Origin: an uncultured Fibrobacterota bacterium
Lineage (GTDB): Bacteria > Fibrobacterota > Chitinivibrionia > Chitinivibrionales > FEN-1185
Direction: 5' to 3'
DNA: 64,000 bases
Assembly (NCBI GenBank): GCA_963729895.1
Contig: CAVSQB010000006.1
Coordinates: 1 to 64,000, forward strand
Shown here: positions 27,981 to 38,651 of the stretch, piece by piece
Layout of the letters: every line of letters begins with the position of its first letter
How positions within the stretch are numbered: position 1 is the stretch's first letter
Made by a program: the position numbers and the translations under genes
The notes under the pieces: model-generated
What the model saw: only the letters and a program-made list of their open reading frames with translations
Told to the model about the DNA's origin: nothing
The model's database searches: none

Positions 27981-28325
27981 ATGAAGATGAAGATCGAGTC
28001 GGTCGACGACGTAAGCGTTGTCTTCATAGACGGAAATGTCCTGCAGGAAAGCGTTCCGATCTTCCGTGTCAAGCTTCTGGAGCTTGTCGAAGAGGGAAAG
28101 GTGAAGATCGTCCTGGACATGGTTGCATCCAACTATATCAGCAGCATGTGCCTCGCAACCATCGTGGATGTCAAGAAGCGGCTCAACGAGTTGTCGGGCG
28201 ACCTGAAACTTGCCCGCGTCAACAAACTCGTAAGAAATCTTCTCGAAACAACGAGCCTCATCAAGAAGATAGAAACCTACAACGACGTTGACGCGGCCGT
28301 AAAATCGTTTGCCAAGAAGGAATAA
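27981..28325 (+). CDS. STAS-domain anti-sigma factor antagonist
   Basis: IVLDM....YISSMCLA; RBS GGAGGAG before ATG 27981. Confidence 0.9.
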   Translation: MKMKIESVDDVSVVFIDGNVLQESVPIFRVKLLELVEEGKVKIVLDMVASNYISSMCLATIVDVKKRLNELSGDLKLARVNKLVRNLLETTSLIKKIETYNDVDAAVKSFAKKE

Positions 28326-28553
28326 TCCGGCGGTGCGCCGGCCGCGGTGCCGGCCGTATCATTGAGCAGCCGTATTCTTTGCAAAGACTCCCGCCGCGGC
28401 GGCGATCCGTCTCGTTTTCATTTCGATGAGGAACGGTCCGCGCGAGCGGCAGCTTCACTGCATCCCGCCATTTTCAAGGTTCGATGGCCCTCCCGATTTT
28501 ATATTAGTGAACACCTCAGTCCTTGCAGTCCTTCTTCCAAAGGAAAGGTTTCC

Positions 28554-28889
28554 ATGAACCGCCACTATTATGATAGTGCAGACCTGGCCGATTTTCCCAA
28601 TATCGGGGAATTCGCGGAATCCCAGGGAAAAACGTTCTTTGAGTATTATGGCAGCTCCACCGGTGCGGGAAAGCTCTCCGAGCGCGAGAAGTCGCTGATT
28701 GCTCTTACCGTTGCGCACACGGAACACTGTCCCTATTGCATTGACGCCTACACCACAAAGTGCCTCTCTCTGGGCATCACAAGCGACGAAATGATGGAAG
28801 CGGTCCATGTAGGCGCATCCATGGTTGCGGGCGCCGTGCTGGCGCATGCAACGCAGATGAGAAAGATAATCCGTCAAAAGGAAATGTAG
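28554..28889 (+). CDS. AhpD/CMD-like peroxidase-related protein of the family associated with ArsS
   Basis: LSEREKSLIAL, HCPYCIDAY, MMEAVHV; directly upstream of arsS. Confidence 0.88.
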   Translation: MNRHYYDSADLADFPNIGEFAESQGKTFFEYYGSSTGAGKLSEREKSLIALTVAHTEHCPYCIDAYTTKCLSLGITSDEMMEAVHVGASMVAGAVLAHATQMRKIIRQKEM

Positions 28890-28896
28890 AGTATTC

Positions 28897-29895
28897 ATGC
28901 AACGCCTTTCTCGTGCCGACGGCATGCCGGAAATCACGCCCTTTAAAGAAAAGCTGCGGCTCTCCGGCATTTCTCTTCTCAGAAGCCGGAACATAGAAGT
29001 GCTTCAAATCAACGTGGGATTGCGTTGCAATCTTCTGTGCAAACATTGCCATGCTTCCGCCGGACCGCACCATACCGAAGCCATGTCATTGCCGACTCTC
29101 CAAAAATGCCTGGCCATTGCCTCCTATCCGTCAATAACAACCGTCGACATCACCGGGGGAGCGCCGGAAATGAATGGAAACCTCGAATGGTTTCTAACCG
29201 GCGCGGCGCACCTCAAAAAAAGGCTTATTGTTCGTACGAACGCGGTACTCCTGCTTGAAGATGCGTTTTCGCGTCATATCGATCTTTACGCTCGAGCCGG
29301 AGTGGAGCTCGCCGTCTCTTTGCCTGATGCGAAAAAGGAAAAATGCGATCGCCAGCGCGGTCCCGGCAGTTTCGACACAATAGTCAGGGCGTTGAAACTG
29401 CTGAATGCGCGCGGCTACGGAGCGGAAGGCGGCGGATTGATTCTCGACCTTGTCCATAACCCGGTTGGAGCTTTTCTCCCCGGATCGCAGGACGCGCTTG
29501 AAAAAGAATACAAAACCAGGCTTGCGGCGGAGCATGGAATATGCTTCAACCGGCTCTTTTGCCTTACCAACAATCCCATCGGAAGGTTTCGGGACTATCT
29601 CTTGAAATCCGAGAATTATGGCGAGTACATGCACCTGCTGGAACGGGCATACAATTCCGACGCGGCAAAAAACGCCATGTGCCGGACCATGCTTTCGGTC
29701 GGATGGGACGGCGCACTGTACGATTGCGATTTCAACCAAATGCTGGGCCTCAAGGTCGATCACGGGGCGCCGCGTCATGTGGATGAGTTTGACGCTCAGA
29801 TTTTGCAGAAGCGGGAGATCGTCATCGACAATCACTGCTATGCCTGCACCGCGGGGCAGGGCTCCTCGTGCCAGGGCGCGGTGCGAAACGGTTGA
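28897..29895 (+). CDS. arsS: Arsenosugar biosynthesis radical SAM / Cys-rich-tail protein
   Basis: LQINVGLRCNLLCKHCH, DITGGAPEMN, YDCDFNQML, HCYACTAGQGSSC. Confidence 0.88.
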   Translation: MQRLSRADGMPEITPFKEKLRLSGISLLRSRNIEVLQINVGLRCNLLCKHCHASAGPHHTEAMSLPTLQKCLAIASYPSITTVDITGGAPEMNGNLEWFLTGAAHLKKRLIVRTNAVLLLEDAFSRHIDLYARAGVELAVSLPDAKKEKCDRQRGPGSFDTIVRALKLLNARGYGAEGGGLILDLVHNPVGAFLPGSQDALEKEYKTRLAAEHGICFNRLFCLTNNPIGRFRDYLLKSENYGEYMHLLERAYNSDAAKNAMCRTMLSVGWDGALYDCDFNQMLGLKVDHGAPRHVDEFDAQILQKREIVIDNHCYACTAGQGSSCQGAVRNG

Positions 29896-29911
29896 CCCTT
29901 TTTGTCTTGGT

Positions 29912-29980
29912 GCTTGCCTCGATACACCGCTCGCCTCGTGGCCCTTGGGGCCGTATCGAGGCAAGCGGCACTCGGCAAGC
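29912..29980 (-). repeat. Nested GAGTG/GTATCGA hairpin between convergent genes
   Basis: GCTTGCC-TCGATACA-CCGCT...CGTATCGA...AGCGG-CACTC-GGCAAGC. Confidence 0.75.
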
Positions 29981-29998
29981 GTTTTTGAAGAGTAAAAT

Positions 29999-31021
29999 TT
30001 ATCGCTTGAGTACTGCTTCCGTTTCCTTATTCACTTTCAAGAAATACAGCCCTGAGGGAAATGACGAAATGTTTACCGTGGTCATTTCGCCGCTCGCCGA
30101 AAGGCTCTGTATGAGCCGGCCTTGAATGTTCAAAATCTTTATTTCGGACCTCATCGGGGTTGCTATCGTAACGTAGTTTGTTCCGGATCTCTGATTTATT
30201 CGGGCAGCCGATGTCTGAACCGGCTGAGTTATCCCGGCGTTCGACGAAGCCAGATAACGGGCGAGACCCACGTGACCGCCTAAAGAATCAAGACTTACAG
30301 TTGCAACCGGTGCACCTTTTGAAGCGGCGTACCAAATAAATGATTCGCTTGTGACTCCTCCCGTGGAAACCGCGACAAGTGCCCACGCTTGTGTAAGGGT
30401 GGAATAGTAAAACGCGCTGTCATACACGGTCCTTTGTATTTGTTTCACCCTCAAAGAGCTATATGAACCTGCGGGAGTCGTTACGGTTCCCCAGCCGTCA
30501 ATGGTATCAAATATCGACAGTTGGGAGATTTGTCTCAGTGAATCGGCGCCAACGTTATTTGACACCACTTCGCGGGGCATGTCAGTCCAGTATGTCAGGT
30601 ACGCGGCCGGAAGAGGCATCGTCCTTATGCCCGGATTATCAGTAACCGAAAAAGTACCTATCGGCTGAACCGAAATATTGCCCAGCGACAGTAGCGAAGA
30701 GGAACCCAAATTCGAATAATAGAATGTCGAATCCGATTCAAATTGGTAGCGAACGGCAAGATTGGAGGTCGGGAAATCCGTAAAATAGGGAGTGGACGAA
30801 GGGGACACGCAAAATGTGGTGTCGGCAAATTGCCATTTAGTCGCGCTTAAATCCCAGGTCTGGTTGGCGCCGGCTGAACCCTGTGATACCGTTGGAACAG
30901 TATCGAATGCAGTAATAAATACATTTCCCACTTGCGGCATGTCGCTTTGGATCAAGGTGATTTGGGCATGGGCGCACAGTGCCGCAAAAAGGAAAACGGA
31001 AGTTGCACATAGTTTGTTCAT
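29999..31021 (-). CDS. Secreted protein with T9SS type-A-like C-terminal domain
   Basis: Signal peptide AHA-Q; GSAGANQTWD; tail ILNIQGRLI...SGLYFLKV. Confidence 0.82.
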   Translation of the reverse strand: MNKLCATSVFLFAALCAHAQITLIQSDMPQVGNVFITAFDTVPTVSQGSAGANQTWDLSATKWQFADTTFCVSPSSTPYFTDFPTSNLAVRYQFESDSTFYYSNLGSSSLLSLGNISVQPIGTFSVTDNPGIRTMPLPAAYLTYWTDMPREVVSNNVGADSLRQISQLSIFDTIDGWGTVTTPAGSYSSLRVKQIQRTVYDSAFYYSTLTQAWALVAVSTGGVTSESFIWYAASKGAPVATVSLDSLGGHVGLARYLASSNAGITQPVQTSAARINQRSGTNYVTIATPMRSEIKILNIQGRLIQSLSASGEMTTVNISSFPSGLYFLKVNKETEAVLKR

Positions 31022-31317
31022 GTTGTGATTCCTCTTTCTTGAAATAGTTATTCTTGTCTTGCAAGAGCCTGGGCTCGAAAAAGAATCTTTCTATTCGCCA
31101 CAGGAAATATATCACTCAAATCCTGTGCCAAAATGTCAGGCTGTTGGGAAAGGCGGAATCATTCAAACTCGGAAGGAAATTCGTGGAACTGCGAAAAGTG
31201 TCAGGGGTTGTTCGCAATCTGCGAAAGACCAACAATCTTATATCGTCTTGTTTACTGCTGATCGCAGGTTGTGTGTCTTCGGCATTCTGCCCGTCCCGGC
31301 TGGAACACGGGAAGCCT

Positions 31318-33909
31318 TCAGGGGACGCCCGGCCAGACGCCGCACAGTGCGCCCTTTTCTTTCCGCAAGCATTCCTTTCGGGTCACCGCAAATTCCCACG
31401 CGGACATTTCGGGAAACAGCGCTGCGAGGAGTTCGGCAGGTTTGCAGGTGCGGGCGGGCTCCATGGACAGGATTGCGCAAAAGGAGAGAAGTGCGTCGGC
31501 GCCGTCGGTACGTTCCAGCGAAGAAACAAGCGGCCTGATGTTTTTCGATGCGATAGTGCCGTTCTTTTTTGTCTGTATCACCGCTTCGGCGCCCGACATA
31601 AACGAACGGATTCTTGCGTCAAGCGAATCCCCGGTCAGCCGGGCGGCGGCGGATGAGTCGCACAGCGTAACGTGATACCTGCCGGCGCAGATGTCGGCGG
31701 TGAGGGAAATGCGCCCGGCCCCGACCTCGGCGAAGCCCAGAACCGCCAGGCCCTGGGGCAGGAACTCGTTCACGGCCATGCACGACGCGTCGAGCGGGCC
31801 GGCGGTCGCGGCATCGAACAACTCGGCGTCGCCGGCAATGCCGAGCGCCAGCGGCGGGCCAAAGGACACAAGAGGGTGGGGCCGGCAGCCTTCCGAAAAT
31901 GCCAGCGGAATACCGGCGGCGCGAAATGCGCGGTGAAAAACGCCCACCATGTCGAGATGGCCGAGGAACCGGATCGGCGGTCCCTTTTTGTAAACAAATC
32001 GGTAGTGCTGCTTCCCGGGCCGGGGAACAAGAGCGTGCTTTTCCCCGGCTGCGGCGGCTATGTTCGCCCCGGCCTGGATGCGGCGGGCTGCCGCGGAACC
32101 GGGACGTCCGCACGTTCCGCATGCCGAACATGGATTGTCCCGGCAGTCGGGCGTCGGTTCGCCCGCCGAGGCCTTGTCCCGCTCCCTGCGCAGGAATTCA
32201 ACGGAAACGCCGGTGGATATCGCGGACCACGGCAGGGCCTGGTCAAACGGGATGGGGCCGCAGTAGGTGCCCAGGTCAACGCCGCATGCGGCGGCCGCGT
32301 CTTTCCAGCGGCCCAGGTCGAAGTGCTCGTCCCATCCGTCAAACCTCGCGCCCGCTTTCCATGCCGCGTAAATGCAGGACGACAGTTCGCGGTCGCCCCG
32401 GGCCATCGCCGTTTCCAAAAATGCCATCGCCGGATCGCGGTACGACACTTTTACGTTTCGCGTGGCCGCCAGCGCGCGTTTGATCAGCCGCGATTTTTCC
32501 AGGAGCGTTTCCTGCGGGTCCATCGCCTCCCACTGGAAAGGCGTGTGCGCCTTGGGAGAGAACGGCGACAGCGCGACATTGATGCGCACCCGGTGCGACT
32601 GCCGCCATGCCATGCCGGCAATGGCGATCGTCATGCCGGCGATGCCGTCTATGTCTTCGGCGCGCTCGGTGGGAAGGCCGAGCATAAAATACAGCTTGAT
32701 GGTCTGGACCCCCCGGGCAAGGAGCGTCGAAACGGTGCCGCGAATCTGGTCGTCGGTAAAGCCCTTGTTCACCACGTTCCTCAGCCGCTGGGTGCCTGCC
32801 TCGGGCGCAATCGTACACGACGAAAACGGGGTTATGGCCTGCAGTGCGTCCAGGTCGGCTTCGCGCAGCGCGTCGATCCTTGTTGACGGAAGCGACAGCG
32901 TCACGTGGTCGCCCCGCGTAAACGCCGCGGCGCCCGCAAGCAGGGCGGGGAGGCCCGAATAGTCGGCGGTCGAGAGCGACAGCAGAGAAACGTCGCGCCA
33001 TCCGGTGGCGGCGATGCTGGAGCGCATCTGTGCAAGAAGGCTTTGCACCGGGCGTTCCCGAACGGGGCGGTAATACGTGCCCGCGGAGCAGAACCGGCAC
33101 CCGCGGGTGCAGCCGCGCATCACCTCAACGGCGAGCCGGTGGTGCACAACGTTGACAAGGGGAATAACGGGCTTTTCCGGGTAGTCGGCATCATGCAACT
33201 CGGCAGCCTTGGCGGCGCGAACGGGCGCGCCGGAAACGTCCGGCGCCCTAAACATGCCCGATTGTTCCGCCTTATGCAAAGAGGGAACGTACACGCCGTC
33301 GAGCTTCGACAGCGCGGCAAGCGTTTCCGGTTTCGTCGCGCCGCTTCGCTTGGCCGAGTCGAGAACCGCGCATACCTCCACCACGGCCCGTTCGCCGTCG
33401 CCGATAACGCATGCGTCAAGAAAGTCGGCGATGGGCTCGGGGTTGCCCATCACCGGGCCGCCCGCAATGACAAAGGGAAATCCTGCCTGCCGGTCGCGGG
33501 AAAAAACGGGAAGGCCGGCCAGCGCGAGCATGTTAACGAGGTTGGTGTACTGCAGCTCGTAGCTTACCGAGAAGCCGATCCAGTCGGCGTCTCTCACGGG
33601 CGTCAGATATTCCAGGCTGTAGAGCGGAATATGCTTTTCGCGCATGAGGATTTCGGCGTCGGTCCACGGATGGTAACAGCGCGAAAGCGCCCACGACGGC
33701 CTGCTGTTGACAATGTGGTAGAGTATCTGGCCGCCGTAGTGCGACATGCCGATGTCGTAGGTTTCCGGGAAGCACACAACGCCGTGCAGCGAGACGGCGG
33801 CAAGGTCCTTCCGGACGATGTTTATCTCGTTCCCCGCATACTGCATGGGCTTCTGGACAAAGGGGAAAAGGCCGGTTTCCAGGAGAGGCTTGAGGTTTGT
33901 GGAGGCCAT
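31318..33909 (-). CDS. B12-binding-like radical SAM protein (TIGR03960 type) fused to a radical SAM-linked domain (TIGR03936 type)
   Basis: FPETYDIGMSH, EVMRGCTRGCRFC, TIAPEAGT, PKAHTPFQW, GARFDGW; C-terminal RFLGHLD...FSEG..PHP. Confidence 0.9.
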   Translation of the reverse strand: MASTNLKPLLETGLFPFVQKPMQYAGNEINIVRKDLAAVSLHGVVCFPETYDIGMSHYGGQILYHIVNSRPSWALSRCYHPWTDAEILMREKHIPLYSLEYLTPVRDADWIGFSVSYELQYTNLVNMLALAGLPVFSRDRQAGFPFVIAGGPVMGNPEPIADFLDACVIGDGERAVVEVCAVLDSAKRSGATKPETLAALSKLDGVYVPSLHKAEQSGMFRAPDVSGAPVRAAKAAELHDADYPEKPVIPLVNVVHHRLAVEVMRGCTRGCRFCSAGTYYRPVRERPVQSLLAQMRSSIAATGWRDVSLLSLSTADYSGLPALLAGAAAFTRGDHVTLSLPSTRIDALREADLDALQAITPFSSCTIAPEAGTQRLRNVVNKGFTDDQIRGTVSTLLARGVQTIKLYFMLGLPTERAEDIDGIAGMTIAIAGMAWRQSHRVRINVALSPFSPKAHTPFQWEAMDPQETLLEKSRLIKRALAATRNVKVSYRDPAMAFLETAMARGDRELSSCIYAAWKAGARFDGWDEHFDLGRWKDAAAACGVDLGTYCGPIPFDQALPWSAISTGVSVEFLRRERDKASAGEPTPDCRDNPCSACGTCGRPGSAAARRIQAGANIAAAAGEKHALVPRPGKQHYRFVYKKGPPIRFLGHLDMVGVFHRAFRAAGIPLAFSEGCRPHPLVSFGPPLALGIAGDAELFDAATAGPLDASCMAVNEFLPQGLAVLGFAEVGAGRISLTADICAGRYHVTLCDSSAAARLTGDSLDARIRSFMSGAEAVIQTKKNGTIASKNIRPLVSSLERTDGADALLSFCAILSMEPARTCKPAELLAALFPEMSAWEFAVTRKECLRKEKGALCGVWPGVP

Positions 33910-34037
33910 AGCAATGAATCACCTGCGACGACGGGTTTGAGAATGCCAGCAAAATACTTCGCTCACACCGGTGAAAACGCATCAATCAGGCATCGGCCTT
34001 CACGTGACTAAAATCCAAATACAAATTGAATTCATCT

Positions 34038-34107
34038 GGATTGCTGAGCCGGGTGACCCCAAAGTGGGAGTTTGGGCGAGAATCCAATCTTCTGTTGTTG
34101 GGCACCC
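34038..34107 (+). repeat. Composite-element left end and L hairpin
   Basis: TGGATTGCTGAGCCGGGTGACCCCAAAGT...GAGAATCCAA...GGGCACCC, as at 13894 and 44182. Confidence 0.8.
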
Positions 34108-34232
34108 TCGAGTTGCAGTTGTGAAGGCCGAGGGAAGGATTCTGGTTTGCGCGTTGATAAGCAAAATGCCTCTTCTTGCATTTGGATCTTGCATAGGGAA
34201 ACTTGACAATTGTGGCAACTATCTTTTGTCCA

Positions 34233-34365
34233 GCGTTAGGTGGACTGAAGGGTTTGCCAAAGCAAAGTGCCGGCAGACCGGGCCGCAGGCATAGGGCTGA
34301 CCGGCACCGAGGCGAATAGCCGAGCCCGGAAGGAGACCGACCCGAGCGCAGCGAGGGTAACGCCC
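34233..34365 (-). repeat. Structured repeat module F
   Basis: Reverse complement reads GGGCGTTACCC...GGGTCGGTCTCCTTCCGGGCTCGG...CAGTCCACCTAACGC. Confidence 0.8.
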
Positions 34366-34422
34366 AGGCCTTTGTCTTCCCATTGCCGCGGGGCGCCCGG
34401 AATTGATTACGGATTAAAGGTA

Positions 34423-35154
34423 TTACTTTCCTTTTTCTAGTCGCTGGGCGAGAAAAGCGGGGAGGTTGTTGTCGAGGATCTTGCGCTGGGTTATGGTGTA
34501 GTCGTACTGGACGCGCATAAGGTGTATCTCCCGGCTGCCGGTGTCGTACACCGCGTAGGAGCAGCGGGAGTCGAAATCGCGCGGCTGCCCGACGCTGCCG
34601 ACGTTGATAAGATAGAAATTGTTTGCGTCAAGCTTGATCGAATGTTCCGAATGGAGGATTATCTTGTCTTCCTCCTGGATCATGATGGACGGCCAGTGCG
34701 TGTGGCCGATAAAATTGAGCTTGAACACCAGGCTGTTAAACGCTTCGAACACGGCGTCTTCGCTGTCGGGAAACACGTAGATCCAGTCTTGCGGATTGGA
34801 GGGAGAGGAATGGGTGATAAAGATGCTGTCCTTCTCTATTGTCAATGGAAGGGAGGCAAGAAATTCCTTGGCTTTGTCGGAAAGGTGGTTGCGGGTCCAT
34901 TCCATTGCCGCGTATGCATAATACGTAAACGTCTGGATGTCGATGCGGTTGATGGCCGCGTAGTCGTGATTTCCCGCTACGCAATCGTCCACGTGCTCCC
35001 GCACCAACTCTATGCACCGCTCCGGATCCGGATAGTATCCCACGATGTCGCCGAGGCAGATGATGCTGTCTATCGACCGGCTCTTTATGTCCTTGAGTAC
35101 GGCGGTAAGCGCCTCAACGTTTCCGTGAATGTCCGAAATGACGGCGTATCTCAT
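34423..35154 (-). CDS. Metallophosphoesterase (calcineurin-like)
   Basis: ISDIHGN, LGDIVGY, GNHD, GHTH, NVGSVGQPRD. Confidence 0.94.
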   Translation of the reverse strand: MRYAVISDIHGNVEALTAVLKDIKSRSIDSIICLGDIVGYYPDPERCIELVREHVDDCVAGNHDYAAINRIDIQTFTYYAYAAMEWTRNHLSDKAKEFLASLPLTIEKDSIFITHSSPSNPQDWIYVFPDSEDAVFEAFNSLVFKLNFIGHTHWPSIMIQEEDKIILHSEHSIKLDANNFYLINVGSVGQPRDFDSRCSYAVYDTGSREIHLMRVQYDYTITQRKILDNNLPAFLAQRLEKGK

Positions 35155-35339
35155 GGTGTGGCGTTTCTTCCCGCGTACCCGCGTGCGTGAAATATCCAAT
35201 AAATATGTTTAATTATATTATTTTAGGTTGTGCCGTGCAACATAATTCTCCCGCTCGCTGTTCGCCGCGCGGCGTGTTCCGTTCCGTCAGGTTCCGTTCC
35301 CGTTACGCGCGGGTACAACGCCGATAAGGCAAGAAGGAC

Positions 35340-36398
35340 GTGCTCGTGTCCCAGACGGCAAAACTACCGGAATCCCTCTCCCGGCAGGTGGAAGACTTCA
35401 GGCGCTGCGTCACGCCGTCTTCGTCGACGCTGATCCTCACGCACGATTATCCCGACCCCGACTGTCTGGCGTCGGCCTACGGAATCTCGCAGTTGCTTTC
35501 GTTCTGGGGAACCCAGAACACGGTCATTTCGTTCGGAGGATTTGTCGGCCGCGCCGAGAACAGGGCCATGATCCGGTTTCTCAACATCCACACCGTCCCC
35601 TTCGTTTTGCTTGAAGTCAAGGATTTCGACCGCATCATCCTGGTCGACTGTTTCCCAGGGCGAAGCAACGTGTCGCTTCCCGCGGGAAAACCGGTGCACG
35701 CCGTGCTGGATCATCATATCGCGGGCGCGCTCGACAATCTTCCGTTTTACCACGATGTCAGGCAGGGCATCGGCGCCGCGTCCACGATAGTGACGGAATA
35801 CCTGCTTACGGCCGAATGTCCCTTCACCGAGAAGCTTGCAACCGCGCTGTTTTACGGGATCAAAACCGATACCGGCGACATGGGGCGCGACTCTTCGCCG
35901 GAAGATCTGGAGTGCTATGAGCGCATGTTCGACATCATGGACCACGGCCTGCTGGCCAGAATAGAGAACCCGGACAGAGACGTTGCTTTCTTCAGGGTGA
36001 TCCACCGGGCCGCCGAATCGATGGTCGCTTTCGGAACCCTGGGGTACATCCCGCTCGGGTCCGTTGCCTCCCCGGACTATGTCGCAGAGATGGCCGACCT
36101 GTTCCACAGCCTCGAGAAAATCGACATCACGGTTTGCTGCGGCACGTTCAAGAAGAACATCTTCTTCTCCATACGCGCCAAGAACCGCGACGAGGCGGGA
36201 ATCAATGCCGAAAAAATAGCGGTCGCTCTCGGCGGCGGCGGCGGCGGCCACGGCAAGGTCGGCGCGGGCCGCGTGCCGTTTGACAAGACCAATGAGGAGG
36301 AGGTTCTCAACAGGTTTGTGGACGCCTTCAAGGTTACGTTCAATATATCGGGTCATAAGGGCGTATATTTGCTGGAGAGCGAAAGGCAGAATAAATAG
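35340..36398 (+). CDS. DHH/DHHA1 family phosphoesterase
   Basis: THDYPDPD, LVD, LDHH, GIKTDT, GGGGGGH. Confidence 0.92.
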   Translation: MLVSQTAKLPESLSRQVEDFRRCVTPSSSTLILTHDYPDPDCLASAYGISQLLSFWGTQNTVISFGGFVGRAENRAMIRFLNIHTVPFVLLEVKDFDRIILVDCFPGRSNVSLPAGKPVHAVLDHHIAGALDNLPFYHDVRQGIGAASTIVTEYLLTAECPFTEKLATALFYGIKTDTGDMGRDSSPEDLECYERMFDIMDHGLLARIENPDRDVAFFRVIHRAAESMVAFGTLGYIPLGSVASPDYVAEMADLFHSLEKIDITVCCGTFKKNIFFSIRAKNRDEAGINAEKIAVALGGGGGGHGKVGAGRVPFDKTNEEEVLNRFVDAFKVTFNISGHKGVYLLESERQNK

Positions 36399-36445
36399 GG
36401 GAGCGGTGCTCGCGGAGAATGCCGCGTTTCCGGAGGGGAAAAGAC

Positions 36446-37285
36446 ATGTGGGAATATACCGATAAAGTCCGTGACCATTTTCTTAATCCGCGCAACGCCG
36501 GAGAAATCGAGAATCCGGACGGCCTGGGCGAGGTGGGCAACATAACCTGCGGTGACGCGCTCAGGCTCACCTTCAAACTGGACGACGGCGGCAGGATCAA
36601 GGATGCAAAATTCAAGACGTTCGGCTGCGGCAGCGCCATAGCCTCGGCAAGCGCGCTTACGGAGTTGATAAAAGGAAAAACTCTCGAGGAAGCCGCGAAA
36701 ATTTCAAACGCGGACATCGCGGAGTCCCTCGACGGGCTGCCGCGCGAAAAGATGCACTGCAGCGTGATGGGGCAGGAGGCGCTGGAGGCGGCAATCGAGT
36801 ATTACAAATCGGGCGGCACAAAGACCGCGCCTCCGGTCAAGGAAGGCAAGGTCGTGTGCACCTGTTTCAACGTCACCGACAAGGAAATCATCCGGGCGAT
36901 CGGCGAGAACCGCCTCACAACCGTCGAAGATGTCACGAATTTCACCAAGGCCGGCGGCGGTTGCGGCGGTTGCCACGAGCAGATTCAGGAGATGCTCGAC
37001 AAAATAAACGGCGTCGCCGGCGCCGTCATGCACCGGGAGACGCTGCGGCTCACCACGCTGCAGAAAATAGACCGCATCCGCGACGTCATCCATGCCGACA
37101 TCCGTCCCATTCTGGCCGACGACGGCGGCGATTGCGAACTTGTCGACGTTGACGGCAACGAGGTTGCCATTCGCTTCAAAGGCCACTGCAACGGCTGCGC
37201 ATTTTCCAACAACACCATGGTTTCCGTGGTACAAAAGAAATTACGGGAGAAGGTGGCGGAGAATTTGGTAGTTAAGATGGTGTAA
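36446..37285 (+). CDS. nifU: Fe-S cluster assembly scaffold NifU (IscU, Fer2_BFD and Nfu domains)
   Basis: MWEYTDKVRDHFLNPRN, CGD, FGCGSAIAS, KMHCS, CTCF, GGGCGGC, DGGD, GHCNGC. Confidence 0.94.
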   Translation: MWEYTDKVRDHFLNPRNAGEIENPDGLGEVGNITCGDALRLTFKLDDGGRIKDAKFKTFGCGSAIASASALTELIKGKTLEEAAKISNADIAESLDGLPREKMHCSVMGQEALEAAIEYYKSGGTKTAPPVKEGKVVCTCFNVTDKEIIRAIGENRLTTVEDVTNFTKAGGGCGGCHEQIQEMLDKINGVAGAVMHRETLRLTTLQKIDRIRDVIHADIRPILADDGGDCELVDVDGNEVAIRFKGHCNGCAFSNNTMVSVVQKKLREKVAENLVVKMV

Positions 37286-37339
37286 ATAATAGTTAAAAAA
37301 AACTAATTTTGGCGCCTGCCTGTGGATTCTAATTCCTAG

Positions 37340-38651
37340 CAGGTTGTTGAAATAGTCCTAACAGAAGCGCTCTTGTTGATTTTTTATGAACCTAACTTCA
37401 ACTTTACATATGTCAGAGAGGTTTTACCTGCCTCGTTCCGAGGCATTTCCCCGGATTCCCAGGCCATTCTCATGCTGCCCCCACCGTTTGCGGCATCAAC
37501 TTAACCATGCGTATCAAGTTGTACGCTGCGGCAACCACGTAGGCAACAGTCTGGTTGATTCGTATTCCTCTTACCCGAGTTTTCCGCAGGCCACCGACGC
37601 TCTTGATCCACCCAAATATCTCTTCAACCCGTTTTCGTTTCCTTTGACTTACGCTGTATCCCTTATGCCGAGTCGTTCTTCCATCCAACCCTTTAAGCGA
37701 AGTGTTGGCCTTCTCGGCAATGTGAGGCTTCACGTGCAGGCGTCGCAGGCTCTTGATAAATTCGGTTGCATGATACCCTTTGTCTGCACCCACCGTCTTC
37801 ATCCGGCGTTTTCCGCGCCTGCGTTCATGCTTTATCAGCTCAAGCGCCATATCCCGTTCCGCTGTCCCCGTCGCTGGCGCAATGGCGATATCAACACACA
37901 ACCCATTTCGGTTTTCCATCAGCACGTGACCGGAATACGCCAGCTGCGCTCCCGTTCTCTTGTTCTTCCGAGCCAACCGCGCCTCTGGATCGGTCGAACT
38001 CTGATGTGTCTCATTGCTTCGCTTCTCATGGTGGAAATCAACCGACGGATTACTCCGATCATCGTCAGTCTTGTTCGCCGATTCCGCGTCTTTTCGCTTG
38101 AAGCTCTTCATCGATGCCCAGGCTTCAATCAACGTGCCGTCAACCGTGAAATGCTCATCGGACAACAACTCTTCGGAACGAGCAAGACGCACGATTTCCT
38201 GCATCAGCCGGTGCGCAATCTCCTGTTCCATAAGTCGATCTCGGTTCTTCGAAAACACACTATGATCAAACGATGCCGCATCCAGATCCATGTCAAGAAA
38301 CCATCGGAACAGAATGTTATAGTCCAGCATCTCGCAAAACAACCGGTCCGACCGTATCGAAAACAAAGCCATCAATATCTGTGCTTTCAAAAGCCATTCC
38401 GGCGGTATCGAAGGGCGTCCCATCCGGCTGTACATCGCCTCAAAGTCACGAGAAAGGCGGCGCAGCGCTATGTCCGTAAACTGTTTGACACGACGAAGCG
38501 GGTGTGTTGCCGGCACTCGGGAATCCGGAGAAACGAAGCTGAACATACCGCCTTGGGCTGGCTGGGAACCTCTCATCAATACTCCTTGGTTGGGGTTCCC
38601 CTATAATATAAGGATAAATGTTTACAAAAGGGAGACTTTTTCAACACCCTG
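37340..38651 (-). mobile_element. IS5-family element copy D (1312 bp)
   Basis: Same IRs in reverse; flanks CTAG (37336-37339) and CTAA (38652-38655). Confidence 0.96.
37470..38579 (-). CDS. IS5-family DDE transposase
   Basis: One residue differs from copies B and C (DPEARL vs DPEALL). Confidence 0.95.
   Translation of the reverse strand: MMRGSQPAQGGMFSFVSPDSRVPATHPLRRVKQFTDIALRRLSRDFEAMYSRMGRPSIPPEWLLKAQILMALFSIRSDRLFCEMLDYNILFRWFLDMDLDAASFDHSVFSKNRDRLMEQEIAHRLMQEIVRLARSEELLSDEHFTVDGTLIEAWASMKSFKRKDAESANKTDDDRSNPSVDFHHEKRSNETHQSSTDPEARLARKNKRTGAQLAYSGHVLMENRNGLCVDIAIAPATGTAERDMALELIKHERRRGKRRMKTVGADKGYHATEFIKSLRRLHVKPHIAEKANTSLKGLDGRTTRHKGYSVSQRKRKRVEEIFGWIKSVGGLRKTRVRGIRINQTVAYVVAAAYNLIRMVKLMPQTVGAA

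Noticed and set aside
29860..29895. Selenocysteine in ArsS
   Set aside because: The GSSC codon is TGC; the only TGA is the terminal stop.
260..37335. IS5 copies A and D as the ends of one large composite or cointegrate
   Set aside because: CTAG is the common target so flank matching is uninformative; the interval holds core genes; copy A's other flank is outside the window.
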